In this document: piece after piece, positions 35,501 through 50,500 of the stretch | Layout: each line of letters opens with the position of its first letter | Numbering within the stretch: the first letter of the stretch is position 1 | Assembly: GCA_965235115.1 (NCBI GenBank) | Contig: OZ249438.1 | Location: 33,108,001-33,172,000 of the forward strand | Origin: Laetmonice hystrix | Lineage: Eukaryota | DNA: 64,000 nt | Direction: 5' to 3' | Program-made: the position numbers and the translations under genes | The notes under the pieces: generated by a model | Told to the model about the DNA's origin: nothing | The model's input: the letters and a program-made list of their open reading frames with translations, nothing else | Databases searched by the model: none

Positions 35501-38500
35501 TTTATTCCTGGAATACCAGACATTCACATACTACAACTAACACCTCGCCGCCTGTCTGGCTGTAGACTGGTCACAGAGGTCATTCCCGACCTCCGTACCT
35601 AGTAACAGCTCACTTTCAGGGAGGCCAACATTTGCCTGCCACCGTCCAGCTTATTTGATTCATTTCAATGCTGCCACCACAGGAGGAGATGTTGTCTGTG
35701 TCTACAGTATGCGTCAAGGCCGAGCCCAGTCTGCCGGTGTGTGGGGGCCTATCTCCCTACAGCCTCCCCAGATGGCGCTAATTCACTGCTTTCCGACACA
35801 CGTCTTGGAAGTGTGGGGGGGGGGGGACACCCACACGGATGAACGAAACAAGCCTGTCAGCCCTTCACAGTGCCAGGAGCCATGGATGCCTGACCTGGTG
35901 TGTCCAAAAAGTAGGACAACTGCGATTGGCCAGTGGTTGGAAGGGGTAGTTTTAACTGCCAGGACTAAAACCTCGCCCCCCCCCCCCCCCCCCCTTCAGT
36001 CATAATTAAATTTTTCGTTTTCATTTCTTGCGTCCGGAATGGTGGGGAAACTGACCCACCCCAAGACAGTCTAGATCTTCCCAGGCTGCCGCTCAACCCC
36101 TCATAACATATTCCTAAAAGTTAGTTGCCCTGTCACTGGGCTACATGTTCGACTTCTTCGGAATCTCTGGGCGCTAAAGTAAGTATCCGAAGTTTCTATT
36201 TTCGCAAGTATCAGGCTCCACTATATAGACGCTCCGCCTCTGCAAGAACTCTGGCCTTAATTAATGTTTGGCCGTACTGCCTATGTGCCAAACATGTCTC
36301 ACCATATTTTGTTTTATTACAGGTTTGCTATATTTTTCTGTGCCCAGACTGTTAATCCAGCTGCACTAACCCACCCCCACTACATGACCTAAATTCCTAT
36401 TGCCATGGCAATATGATCCACGGCATCCTCATCTACATAATGCCTGCAGCATATGAAAGGTTGAGATCAGAAGATCTCCATATGATGATAATTGAGGGTA
36501 GGCCGCTAGGCGCCTTTTTTCTCTCTCTCCGTTTTCAACCATGTCTATTGTATCCTAATGAGTCTGGCCAAGGCGCGGTGCTGGCACCAGGCCAGGCAGC
36601 ATCTTGATGTACCGGCGGCTCGGCTCATCACCAACATCTCAACCTCCTCACCGGAGAGCAGGGCAAACTGCCGGGCAAACTGCGTGGCGTCCACGCCAGG
36701 TGGCAGCAGGGTATCGATTCTTTTCTCGGAAAACTAACCTAAAATTGTGTACCCTCTTTGCTATTTTCTGTCACATAAGTATGAGAAAATTTCTGATGAT
36801 AAACCAGAGGGAGCGACCAGCTGCTGATTCGAGGAGTCCGTCACTTGGGACCTGGCCAGGTGGACTCCGCCTACCTGTAGCTGGTTACCTGTCGGCTCCC
36901 ATCATGGCAGGAGGAGGGGTACCGAGACCAGATGTTGGGGCGGGGAGATAAACAACGAGTGTGTACAACACCAGACACACACATCATACCAAGGCCAGGC
37001 TTCAGACATCGGGGACTTTCCTTTTTGCCTTTTCACAGAACGCGAGATCCTCTAATACCAATATATGAGGCATTTCTTAAATCGCTGTCAGGCCGCATCC
37101 TGATTTTGAATGACATGTTTATTTATAACCATGCATTGAGACTGCTGGGTACATTCCATCCCACAGCCCACAGCACCCTAGTTTTCTCATTACCCCGTCA
37201 ACAGCGTCTTTCAAACGTTCTTTCTCCCTTTACTTAGACTTTCCCGTTAACCTACACCTGCGTGAAACTAAACTTTTCTACAGTCGGTGAACTCAAGACA
37301 TTTGATATGATCCATGTAAGCCAGAGATAAGGGACCTCAGGGGTTGTTTGGGAGAGCCACCTTGGCAAAGTGGGTCAGTGGGTTGCGGCCTTCAGCGTAC
37401 AGCAAATGTCCATTACAGTGGTTGTACATGATATGTGTATCACACTGATGGCCGCCACCTACATGACCTCAGGTGACGGGTGACCTAGGGGTCGTACTGC
37501 TTCCCCCGGCATTACTACAGTACAGCAGCTTCACATATTAAACAAACACTAGAAAGAGGGCAACTTTCGGGTACCTAAATCCGGATTTATCCTTACAGGA
37601 ATGCCAAGCCGTACACCTGTCCTAAACTTTGAACAATTAGCGTAGCCATTGGCACTGCGGATTTGGTTACTTTATATTTTGAGATATTTTCCCCCAGATA
37701 GAGCCAGTTCTAAGCATGAAAACTCCAAACGTGCCGTGTTAGCAGCCACAGCCCAGACCCAGCCACTACCTCAGACAAATGTAATAACTTGTGCTGATGG
37801 CAGCCTGCCGTTCTGACTATTGGGTTTTCCCACTCCGGGGGTGGAGCGCACAGCTCAGCCAACGGCCCCGGACTGTGAGTGTCAGCAGCTGCTGCTGCTG
37901 CAGCAGCAGACAGGTTATATTCAATTTATTATCTCATCTTCCTTATACAACCACCAATCTCATTTAATTGGCAGACTCTCTGATCATCTCCAGCAAAGTT
38001 TAGACTTTTCCTTTAGGAGATTAGTTTTAAGAAATAAATGATCCTATGAAATGAAGCATATCGTTCCCTGTTGGAGCCGATGCATACCCTCAAGGCATAA
38101 TGTGTTTCCATCTCGTCTCGTACAAGGATTGCCTCCAGAGATAACCGTGTTAGTGTGTGAATCCGATCAATGCACGACTTTTCAAGTTTATCAAGTTATC
38201 CTCGCAGTCAAGATGAGGAGATTGTAGCCATCACGTCAAAAAGGTCACCAAAACTTTGATCATCTAAACTACAGGAACTGTGAATAATGAGCTTGCTAAA
38301 AGCAACCAAAGCAGGAAGTGTTTATGATAACCTTTTCACAGGTCCAAGAGTTCAAATTTCGTTGAAAGGCAAGGAGTCAGAATGTTAATGATTCAGACCA
38401 GAAGGATGCAGAAGTTGTTTGGAATGTTTTCCTTCTCCCCAAGATAAGAAAGTATTTGTGTAGAGAACTCAAGTTGAGAGATTTGAGCTGTGACCTCGGA

Positions 38501-41500
38501 TGGATGCCATCCTTCATCAGACTCCGTGACTTCCACCAGCCTCAACTTCAGGGTTTCAGTCTATACATTCTTCATACCGAGATCTCAACTTTACCCCACG
38601 CTGTGAGGGCTCCACCCTAAAACCCCACAAGTCAAGCAGTAACAGACCCGGCGTCTATCTGACCCACTTGTAGCCCACATCTGACCCACATTGAGGAAGT
38701 GCCTCCGCCGCCCCCAGAAAAGACATGACTGTGCGAAGCGTGACTATAAGGCCTGAGGCGCTGCCACACCTCCCAGGCACTCTACCCCACAAACTGGCTG
38801 GTGATGCCGACTGGGGCACTGAACGCCTGTCTCGCTGCCAGTGATGTCCAAGGACAGAACCTCGGCTTGTTTTCTTACGCGCTGTCAGACATGACGTGAC
38901 GGTTCTTGGGTCAGTTCCATAACCACAGACTGCGCACCGTATCATAAAACATGTAATCTTGAACCAGCCACGGACGCCTTAGAACAGTATCTTGATAGCC
39001 CTACCCCGGACTTCAGCCTGACTAACGGCGTGTCTTCCATAAATATACGTCTTCACACGGTTATTTGTAATCAAGAGGGTCGATCTGATCTTTCAGCAGT
39101 AGATACCATCCCATGATTAGTGAGTCCGGCAGGAAAATCTACTTTTGGTTCATCGGGCGTCGATCATCACGCCCGGCAGAATGTGTCCGGCAGATGGGTG
39201 TATTTTGCTACATTCCATTCACGCCCATCACGCCATCACGGAGGGAACACCAGCACCCAGGAACTGATGGGAGGAGGGTGGGGGATGGAAACTTTCTCTC
39301 CTACAAAAGGTCCCTTGACATTTACGGTCTCAATAAGGATCAGAAGCCAGTACTGGCGAGCTGCTGGTCTGGTCGACAACACGACCTACGACTGTTACTA
39401 GCTGACCTATCGTCGGCCTGATGATCTGATGACAGAATATAGGACCTCCGACACCCTATCCTACATTTTCCTCATCTCTCTGCTAGCCAGTTTCGTTCAT
39501 CCGTTCTATTTTTGTTTTTGTTATTTGTAGTTCTATTTTCTGTTGTTAAGCTGGTACGCCTTCCTGTAGTGAGCGGAGGGAGGGGGGGGGGGGTACTAGT
39601 GACTGTATAAAACCACGTCTAACGTGGTTACTAAAGTTGTTCTGGGGAGGAGGGGGGAGGGGCTATAAAATGTTTCTGCTAAAACTAAGTCTCTCAACTT
39701 CTGTCCAAATGAACCCGGGCTCCAAGCCAGAACACACTGATCTTATGTTAGGAATACAAGTTAAATAGACGGCAAGAATCCTTGAAATGGCTGCTTCCCG
39801 GAGCGTACTGCTTTACTGAAGACTACGTATCTTGATTGATCAGTTATCTGGTTCCGTGGCTAGGATCGAACTAGACAGAACATCGTCCCAGTCGACTAAA
39901 CTACTGAAGCCAATGGGCTTGGAACCCCAGGGTAGGATCTAACTCCTCCTATCCTGATGGCTTCAACAGGGCACCCTCAATGTTTGAGACATGAGAGATT
40001 AGCTGGCTGACTGGCCCTCCTACGCCGGCCTCCTGATCCAAGGATGGAGTGGGAGATGATATTGCGGGCCGCTGCCATCAGAAGACTCGGTATCAGGACG
40101 ATGTGAGATAGATAGGGCTGGTGGCCGGGCTGGGTGGGGTTCTGTATGCCGCCACCTCTAGCCTCGCCCACTCCCTCAATCTGGCCATGGTGTTGATACA
40201 GCACCCTGCCTGCCCCAGTCTCCATCGTACGTCTACTCCCACTCGTCCCTTCCACACGGCAGGGCCACCCTCACAGATGTCGCCATCATGTCCACATTTT
40301 TCCGGGTTTGTTTTCTTATAAGCCGTGAGTAAGTGTACAGGCGGGATTGGAGGGGATCTAGGTGGTGGCACACCAAACCTGATCCATGGACCCGCTAACA
40401 GATCAGTGAGCTCTCAATTTGTACCTGTCAGTGTGTGTCGGTCTGCATTGGACCTGATCCAGCAGCAGTCAGGCAGGCTGCTGGTCCGGCGGCCGGCGGG
40501 ACAGCTTCCACTTGCTGCCCAATCAGCCGGTAAATCTGTTGTAATGGTAAACTGGTGGCAGACGGCAATGTAGGCTTACCCTGAGGTTAGGGAGGGTCTG
40601 TATCCGGTCTCTGACCGCCCTGCTTCATCATATCAACCAGACTAGTCAATTACTGTGGCTGTGGGGGCTGTGGAGGAGAGTGAGTAGGAACTGAGGTCAG
40701 ACCTTCGGTCAACTGACCACTGCAACCCACTGCTAAAATATACTCGTCTCTACTGAACAGAGATTACCTACAGGAAGGGATCTCTAATAGTTGCCTCACT
40801 AAACAACTTGTCTAAACTGTCAGGATCATTTAAGTTCAATCCATGATTTACGAAAGCCAAATGATGCATGTCTACGGCAGTGTGAGAGTTGGCACTAAAC
40901 TTAGGTGGCATCATTAAGTCATTAGTGTGATGTTACTAATTAGACCTTTAGCTGCTGACACTACGGTTGGATGATAAACTTTTTCATCATTCGTTATCGT
41001 CATTAGGTCCTTTACAACCAATATTGAACACCAAAGGACAACCAGAATGAGGTCCTACTACAACCCAGAACGGACCCCCCCCCCCACCCCACCCCATCTC
41101 CTCCATCACCACCTGAACACTGGCCCACAACCCCCATCTCCATCCCACCCCACGACTGGGAACAGAGTGGGTTCTGACAAAAACCATGCGTCTCTCTGCT
41201 AACTGTCGCTGTTGTTCACTGGTGGCTGGTTGTACCCCACTTCGCCCGCTCCCAATACGCCGCCCACCAGTCGCTGACTTATTTTGGCCAAGAGAGAGAG
41301 AGTGAACATAGGTCGAAACAGAATGTATTTTGAGCAGATACAGTCCCATCACCGGCTGCTGCAACAGAAGCTGCAGCAGACCGTGAGTTTATATGTTACT
41401 CCAGCCCTCCATGCCATAAGTCACCTCAGAGTCACACATCCCAGACCCCGCTGTCAGTGGCCTTCAAAATGTAGCTACACACGTTTTTAATGTGGGCGGG

Positions 41501-44500
41501 CTTTCTCTCTTCCAGACATACGATACATCAGAAACTGTCTGGAAGGGATTTTAAAAATCCCCCTAGATTAAGTTTAGTTCTGTTGCACCAAGTTGTCTTC
41601 ACATCATCATACCAGACAAGTGTTGCGGCCCCTGTTGACCTTCGGGATGCTAAGGGTGCAACCATACGCTCCAAGATGGGGCAGACTAGATAGTTCAGGT
41701 GCCACACCCTTTTCTGCCGCAGTGCATTTCGGTTTAGCCGTGTGGGAGCTGGGTCTGGGAGCCACTGAGGGCGGGGGGGGGGGAGCGCCACCTTCAGCAG
41801 CCTGGCCCAACCTCTGCCGGTATCCCAGGCACGTCACCATGGCGACCACTGTACCAGGGCCATCCCTCCACTGTTTGTGATAGTGTTACGACGGCAACGG
41901 GCTCATCACTAACCAGTCCTGTCTGCTCTACTTCAACACAGCACTTGTTTACTTCACGCTACGCGTACTGCTAAAGTAATGGAATACAACTGACAACAAA
42001 ACTTTAACAAATATTCTAATACTACTTAATCCACAAGAACTATAGACGATACCGCGACGGATCAAAATCAATTCGTGCCCCGAGTTATCTCACACGACTG
42101 CAGTTATTGAACTGTCATTGCTTGTTCATCCACAAACAGGCCACAAATTTACAGATGGCTGCCATGTTTATTTTGTACAGTATACCTAAAGGTGGACGTT
42201 CTTTGACAGCAGTGGTCCCACCGGTCAGTAGCTGGGGCTGGCATCGTCTCATTTGTGAGAAAACTCTCCAGTTTGTGACATTGACAGGGTGGTGACACTG
42301 ACAGGGTGGCCCTTACACGTACTGCCACCAATAACCACCCCCCCCCCCTCTGCCATAACCTCAAGGCCCCACACGATAGCTCTGCTCCCACCTTCAGCTG
42401 TCTACCCTCGACGTTTTTCATGGACTACAAAATGACCTTCTGTAGGTTGTCGGTGTCGTTAAAAGTGTACCTTCTTCTATAGAACAATCCCGTCCAAGCA
42501 TTACAGATCCTCTATAGTATGTATGTCAAGTATTCTACCATTGGCAGACACCGTCTAAGTGGCCGGCCGCGACTGAATTAGCTCACTCCAGGCGGTCGGC
42601 GAGTTCTGGTACAATATTACAATGCTCCATTCAGACTGGGGATCACGGTCATATGTTGTTAAAAGGAACATTTCGACGCGAGGAAGCCACAATGTAACAT
42701 TTACTTTGACACCCATTAATAAATATTCTTCACAGAAAAAGGGGGGGGTCTATATACGTGTGAAGCCTGGTGAGAAATAGTCAATATTGACAAAACTGTA
42801 GTAAACTGTCTTCAACATGCAGTAAACTGTCTTTAACATGCAGTCTTAATACTGCCGGTAACGTGTGGACACGGTCGTACACCAATAACACATAATTTAT
42901 ATTACTTTACTTATAAAGGCCTTTATCACGTGCTATCGCCGTCCACACTAATTACGATAATGGATCTTATTTCGACAGGCACACTTCATTACAATGGTGT
43001 ATACCATCAGGCTAATTGACCACATTACCATATACACCAGCAGTGTTTCACTGTGCTACCACCAGGACCAAGTGACACCACCGGGCCTGGACTCGACGGT
43101 CCTGGACTTGTATACAATGCCATTATTCTAGGGTGCCAGTTCATTGTGCGGCGAGAACACCATGTTATCTGGCGTGACAAATGACTCGGCCATGTTTAGC
43201 ATACCTCCACCACGTTATCATATACTGCCTCTCCTGTCTACCACTACACATTCCGCTATCATTAGGATACACGTAAACCCAACCCTACTGTTGTCGAGGT
43301 CACATCACCCAGACCTTCTGGATTATTGATGAAATTCTTCCCTGAATACCTCTCTGATGAAGGCAAGCAGTTCAGTGTAGGTCATCGTGGTGTTGTCATG
43401 GCAGTGAGTGACCTCACCCTGCCAACTGAGATCTCAATGACATCATTGAAGATCCTTAACACATGACGACTTTCGCGCTATTGGCGTTGGTGATACATTA
43501 GCGGAGCGGGGGGGGGGGGGGGGGTGCCTGCCGGTTACTGGCATATAATAACATAATATACTAATATTACTAATGATACTGTGTAATTCCCCAAAGATCT
43601 CCACACAAGCTAACTTCGTCACCACAATAGAGAGGTACCCAGGAGTCAAAATCCCGACAGAACGTCATTCCGCCTCTTTGGGAACTTTCTCCTAATTCAA
43701 TAAGTTTCATCCAACCTTTCCAGCACGAAAACCGAAAATTTCATACGATCTTGAAGCGAGTGTTTATTTCCTGTTTGGGAGAGGTCATCAGAGATCATTC
43801 TACAGCCATGTAGTGAAGGCATCCTGGGCTCAGGTGACTTGACACCTCTTGGGGCCCTGATCCTACACTGATACAGTGAGGAGACATAACCAGGCCAGCA
43901 TACCTGTCTCCGTGTACCAACATCACCTGGCCTACATCAGGTCGGGGCAGCAACACATCCGCTTGAGTCACACAGCCACAAAAACTGATAGGTGTGGGGA
44001 GAAAAAAAAAACCGCCCTGCTTGCCCATGGAATTCTAAAATCTTTCCTACTCTAACCACAGAATAGGTAGATGTAGGGTACTCTGTGCTCTAACTACTTG
44101 CCTGGAGTGATGGTTCTGTTCTAAGTTCTGTGTGTCGGAACCACATTTAATTGAAAGGTGATTACCTCAGTTGTTTGTAACCTTGCCATAATCTAGAATT
44201 ACTGAGCAAACTTTCCATCAACCTCCCTAGCTGCTATCTGGCCGTGTGCGGGCAATCTGACTGTGTGCGGGCGCACTGAATGACCAAAGATATTCGCAAC
44301 ACTTCGTAGAGCAAACACTGAAAACAGGGAAAAACTGGCGCGCAAAGTTGGTCACTTTTTGTAATAATAATTGGTCTCCGTACAAAATGTGGCTGCCCTG
44401 GCTGCTATACATGCCTATTTTTACTTGAGTGGTTTCCGTTTCAAGTACAACCAACAAATAACTGTACGAGCTTAGAGTTAACCCTTTCTGTTTCTGAACC

Positions 44501-47500
44501 TTAAGAATAGAATCATCTCTGTACCGAAATAGCGTGGTTTCCTGACGACTGGTATTTGAAGGTTCGTGACCTACGAGATTCAGGACTACTACTGAATGAG
44601 ATTTCTTCCACTCACTATGTCAACACAAAGTCTCAGGATCCAGCCTACTTCAATACTTGATGATAGGAGGTAGACGTGCGCCCTGGCACATTCAGACTTT
44701 ATTGTTATATGACCACCATAAACCCAGCCCTGCATTGACACTCGGCAGGCCCAGCCTATGAGCAGCTGAACAAGAATGGAGCTGGCTTCGGGAAAACCAC
44801 ACGTTCACTCTGACTCATGTATTGTCAGATAGCCTGGCTTTCTTTTGAACATGTCGACACTTTCTTGCTGTCACTCTCAGATATGTGTACCTGTACAGAC
44901 ACAAGTACACCTAGGTATGCACAGAGCAGGCATCATGCTGAGGGACCTAGCCGGTGCCCAACAAGAAACTCAAGCACCCAGCCTACCGACAAGTTCAGGC
45001 TGTTTGTGTTGACCCAGACAGATCTATACCCATCAACACATGGTGATTTACTTCCCACGTATCCGTGTCATCATAAAACATCAATATTTAATCAATCCAT
45101 ATCTCATCAGTTATCTCAAACTGTGCCACGGTTATAGTTACAACAGTTGATTGCCCATCCTCATTTAACCAGATACGGCCTCTATAACTGTATAGAACAC
45201 CCCCCCCCCCCCCCCAACACCCACACCCACCCCTTCATCCACCTTCCAACTCCTGTCTGTCTGAGTACTGCTTTAATCAGCATGATATAGACACAGTGTT
45301 TACCGAACTCTGCGTGCAGACATTCCGATAACGTTCACACCACTGGCACCATCATTCCCATTATTGACAGCAGCCTTCATTCTCAGCCTGACCTTCTTCT
45401 AACCGAGTCTGAGCAAGGTGTGGCCTCTATCGCCAGCCTTCAGGCGTCCGCTACCGTACTACTGGCACAAGCCTTCATTCTCAGCCTGACCTTCCTCTAA
45501 CCGAGTCTGAGCAAGGTGTGGCCTCTATCGCCAGCCTTCAGGCGTCCGCTACCGTACTACTGGCACAAGCCTTCATTCTCAGCCTGACCTTCCTCTAACC
45601 GAGTCTGAGCAAGGTGTGGCCTCTATCGCCAACCTTCAGGCGTCCGCTACCGTACTACTGGCACAAGCCTTCATTCTCAGCCTGACCTTCCTCTAACCGA
45701 GTCTGAGCAAGGTGTGGCCTCTATCGCCAGCCTTCAGGCGTCCGCTACCGTACTACTGGCACAAGCCTTCATTCTCAGCCTGACCTTCCTCTAACCGAGT
45801 CTGAGCAAGGTGTGGCCTCTATCGCCAGCCTTCAGGCGTCCGCTACCGTACTACTGGCACAAGCCTTCATTCTCAGCCTGACCTTCCTCTAACCGAGTCT
45901 GAGCAAGGTGTGGCCTCTATCGCCAGCCTTCAGGCGTCCGCTACCGTACTACTGGCACAAGCCTTCATTCTCAGGCTGACCTTCCTCTAACCGAGTCTGA
46001 GCAAGGTGTGGCCTCTATTGCCAGCCTTCAGGCGTCCGCTACCGTACTACTGGCACAAGCCTTCATTCTCAGGCTGACCTTCCTCTAACCGAGTCTGAGC
46101 AAGGTGTGGCCTCTATCGCCAGCCTTCAGGCGTCCGCTACCGTACTACTGGCACAAGCCTTCATTCTCAGCCTGACCTTCCTCTAACCGAGTCTGAGCAA
46201 GGTGTGGCCTCTATCGCCAGCCTTCAGGCGTCCGCTACCGTACTACTGGCACAAGCCTTCATTCTCAGCCTGACCTTCCTCTAACCGAGTCTGAGCAAGG
46301 TGTGGCCTCTATCGCCAGCCTTCAGGCGTCCGCTACCGTACTACTGGCACAAGCCTTCATTCTCAGGCACCACCAGCCTTCGTCCTACTCACTGGCGCCA
46401 GCCTTCAGATATACGGCAATTAAAGATTACAAACCACACTGACCTCGGGAACACAGGCACAGTGCCGACTGAGACCTGAATGTTACTCTCTGGTATGTAA
46501 CTGGTCACAGTGGTCACTACAAATGGTCACCATTCATTAAACATATCCTTTACTCCATCTTATTCTACTATCTTCATTTGTTTCACTCTCTTGTTTTCAA
46601 AATCATTATAAAATTTATCAAATAGTGTAGAGGTGATCTTAGGAGTCGGTTGATGATAAAAGAAATTAAAGTCACAATCCATTACACAGCCGCACATGGT
46701 TCATCCCTCCCCGCTAAGAGAACTGTAGGCAATCCATCAAAACGTTACACAGCCCATGTATCATAAACACCCTGGTCAGTTCGAACAGACACACAAAACA
46801 TGTACAGACAGATAGCGAAAACAATATAGTAACAGGCTGTATCAAGTTTCTCTACAATCATCATGTTTTCATACCATCTAATGGCGCTCAGTCAGGATCA
46901 ATTCATCGTGAAGGTCAGCCATACAAGCCACCAGCATGTCACAGCCGACTAGTAATGGCCACATTTGGATTACTATACGGCCACGTCACAGTGCCCAGGG
47001 ACAGCAGAGCAGCAGCATGGGGCTGGTAACACTAACATGTCTGACTCAGCCGGCCTACACCGATGGCAAATCGACCCATTCCCTCCCACACTCACTGAGC
47101 TCCATTTTCTATCCTTCCAGTTACTGCTATAAAGAAATCATACACCCGGGCTTGGAACACACTTCCACGGAAAAAAACCATTCTGGGGAAAAATGCTGAT
47201 GTACATACTCTATCTTAACTCCATACATGAATCATGGCAGCATTCAAAAACTGTGATGTCAGACTGCCTGTCAGGCTGCATACCGAAACACGGAAAGCTA
47301 AATAAAATAGGCATGTCTACTGGTACACTTGTGCTTTAAAATCACGAATTGCTGTCATAATATATCAAATTGACGGAACTATTGCTCTTTTTTCAAGCGA
47401 GTTTTGCTGGGAGTAGAAAGTCTAGTCAAAATACTTGCATATGTGGACGTGGACTGAATTTGAGCCTCCCTTCTTCCTGCCGCAGGTATTATTCTAATTC

Positions 47501-50500
47501 TATAGGACAAGAAGGCAATGGTCCAACCGTCTTACAATTATGCTGTTCCATGCTGACTACAAATGGTTTTTTCCTTGACCGATACACCAAATTTTTTCCC
47601 GTCCCTTTAAGTTGTAAATAGAGCCCCCCCGTCAGAGAAGGAAGGTCCTATATAAGGTAGTAAACCGAGTAGGTACCTGGAATCGCAGGATGATGGTCCA
47701 GATGAGGCCGAGTGTGAGGCGTGGGTTGCCGTCGACGATGTCGTGTGCGCCCATGTTCTCCAGGTGGACGCGCTGTTCGTTGAGGAACATGAGCGACTTG
47801 TCCACATTCTCCAAACAGTGGATGCGCATCTTGCCTTTGGTCGGCCGAGGCTGAAACACCAAAATACCAACATCATTAACTACAATCTTGGGCCTCAGTA
47901 TTATTTAGAAACTATAATCTATGATGCTACCATCCTCCAACAACCCACTTGCTGTTGAGAACCGGCCGTCACAATTCTGGGGGTACCGTGAATGACAGTT
48001 CTTGAAGCTCGGAGTCAAACAGAGTCATGAGGCGAGAAATATTTTAAGTCTTCCCTTCACCTTTCATTCTACCTGTCAATTCTTCCCTCCACCTTAACAT
48101 CATTTCATTCGTTCATTTCTCGGGAGAACCCTGGTTTACTATCATCGGCCAATAGAGTGCATCAAACAGAAATATGACCACATTTCTCCTTTGATTCACA
48201 ACTACGGGTAGATAGACTGAAGCCAGGGGTGCGTTTCTCATCATGTCGTTAGTTTGTCGTATTGTTAACTCCAATGTATTTTCAATGGGGATTTTAACGT
48301 ACGACAGGATAACGATAGACGAGAAACGCACCCCTGAGTAGCAAGGATAAGTTTACCCATGAATATGACAGTTTTAGCAGAGCTCCTGACCCCGTTTCTT
48401 CTATAAGGTTAATTCCTGGACCTTAATTCAACACATAACCGTATCTGGCACACAACCCAGCCTCAGTTTATTCACAGACATCCTGCATTACGAACTGCGT
48501 TATGCGATCCAGAGTACAAAAAGGTACATGTGGTCAATAATTGAGCACTTCCCCTACTTGTCCGCAAGTCATGCAATTGTGGGTGTGGCTGACTGTGGCG
48601 CCGGTCTAAACAGAAAAAAATCAATACATACTCTATGCTCGATTTGTCTACTTTTCAAACCCTCCATATTGGATAACCTTGGATGACACTGAAGAATAAC
48701 TCTCATGTTTTCTGTCAGAATATCACAAGCCCAGTCGCATCATTCAATAGATTCGACGTACCCAGTAGAACCTGTAAGTTCCTAACCAAACTGGATGTTT
48801 AAATATCGCGAGCAGCATTAGTTATGATTTAAATAAGAAGTGTATTCCAGGAGAAATTCGAGGAAGTTCGAAGTCTCATTAACAAATAAGCGGCTAGCAG
48901 TTCCACACCTTATGCAAATATTGAACAACTGTCGATGTGGTCGATGGACCGCGACGACGAAAACTTCAAGTGGCAGCAGTCTGGGAAACTGCCACATCAA
49001 ACATGGCTGCTGAAATTAGCACATCAAACCATTCAACCCTACAAATCCCCTCTAACATTTACCTAATGCCATGTTACCATGGGAACAGATCTTAAACAAG
49101 CAATCTCCTCCAGAAGCTGGCTGCCAGAGAACAACTAAGCTGTTATTGGATCAGGGCTGATATCAGAGACTGACAGCTCAGTGTAGGGTCTCAGTGTTAA
49201 ACAAACCCTATTAACTGTCACTCCCCCATCTCTGGATCTCCCATCAACTGATTCCGCCAGGCCAGGTTTATATCCCAGCTCCTGGCACAGAGAAAGCCTT
49301 CACTCGTTCTGTTCGTAATCCTACGGGGCAGCATCTTGTGTAGCATGACATACCGTAAGTACAGATTTCCTGTAGGGGGGGGGGGGGGACTCATGGCAGG
49401 GGCAATCGTACATGAAACCCTACAATTTCACAGGAAGCTGGCAGAAATAATCCTGATCAGAGGTCCTCTGCTACAGTGTACGCTGACGTGCTCGGTGACG
49501 TATAATAACGTCCCAAAAGGTCCAACATTCATATCAGTTAAGAAATCTTTTTGTTACTAAACGACATTTTTTGATTGCAGCCACAGGGTCTCGTTACTGA
49601 AACTGATAATATCGTTGGGGTATTCAGGTCAGACTGCCCCCTCCTGCCGTGAACCGATTTGAGACATTATTGGTGTGACCAACGATTCCATCAGACAGGT
49701 GATTTTGCCCCACATGAGGGTTCGGCCGGGTCAGTCCTCACCAGACAGCCCGACTCCATTTGTGAGGGATGACCTCTCTGACAAGTGTGACGGTCATAAT
49801 GACGCCATCTGACACATTTCAGTCTCGCCGCGATCCTAGTGGCCGGGTAGCTAGAGTCGTCCTCTAACCGCCGGGCCAGTCCCTCCCACCCCCACCCCCC
49901 ACCCCCACTCCACCTTCCCATTGCTCCCGTTAGAGTAACCTCATTCTACCGGTGACGTGAGCCAGGTGGTGACGCCTGTCGCTAATCCAGTCAGGTCACC
50001 TGATCAGGTCCCGTTGTCATGGCTACAAGTGGCCACCTAATGACCCATCTCAATCACCCAGTCTGCTCCTGGCCTGTTTGGCTTACACCACTCCAGTCAA
50101 ACTGGGCCACACACCACTGGTCTATTTTTCTAGGTAGTCATTTAGTCAATATTTATTCAGTGTACGCCTGTCGACATTTCATACTATGAAAAACAAGATT
50201 TAAATGGGACTGAAATACAATCCTTCTAAAGGACAAAGGGGATGGAATTACGATATCTATCTATTTACAATTGTGGAGGGCATAACTGTTACAGGGCGGT
50301 AATGCTAGATATAATACACTGTCGAAATTTCGCTCACTACTGTTAGAAAATATTGAGAAATGAACAACACGTTATCATCATGCATTCTTGCCTTCACTAG
50401 CAGACTTTAAATTAGAACCGCATAAATCACTTTGGACTTTTGGTTCCGCTGATGCACAGCCAGGGATGTGGGACAGTGCTTTATGGGAATGTTGTAGTGA

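Noticed and set aside
36550-36735. Codon-like GC-rich island (minus strand [36 protein letters not shown]...)
   Set aside because: Cannot assign to any family and it runs into a stop; may be a decayed transposon fragment and needs BLASTx
45373-46366. 98-bp unit as a tRNA- or SINE-derived Pol III repeat
   Set aside because: Only a loose A-box-like TGGCGATAGAGG; no B-box and no cloverleaf
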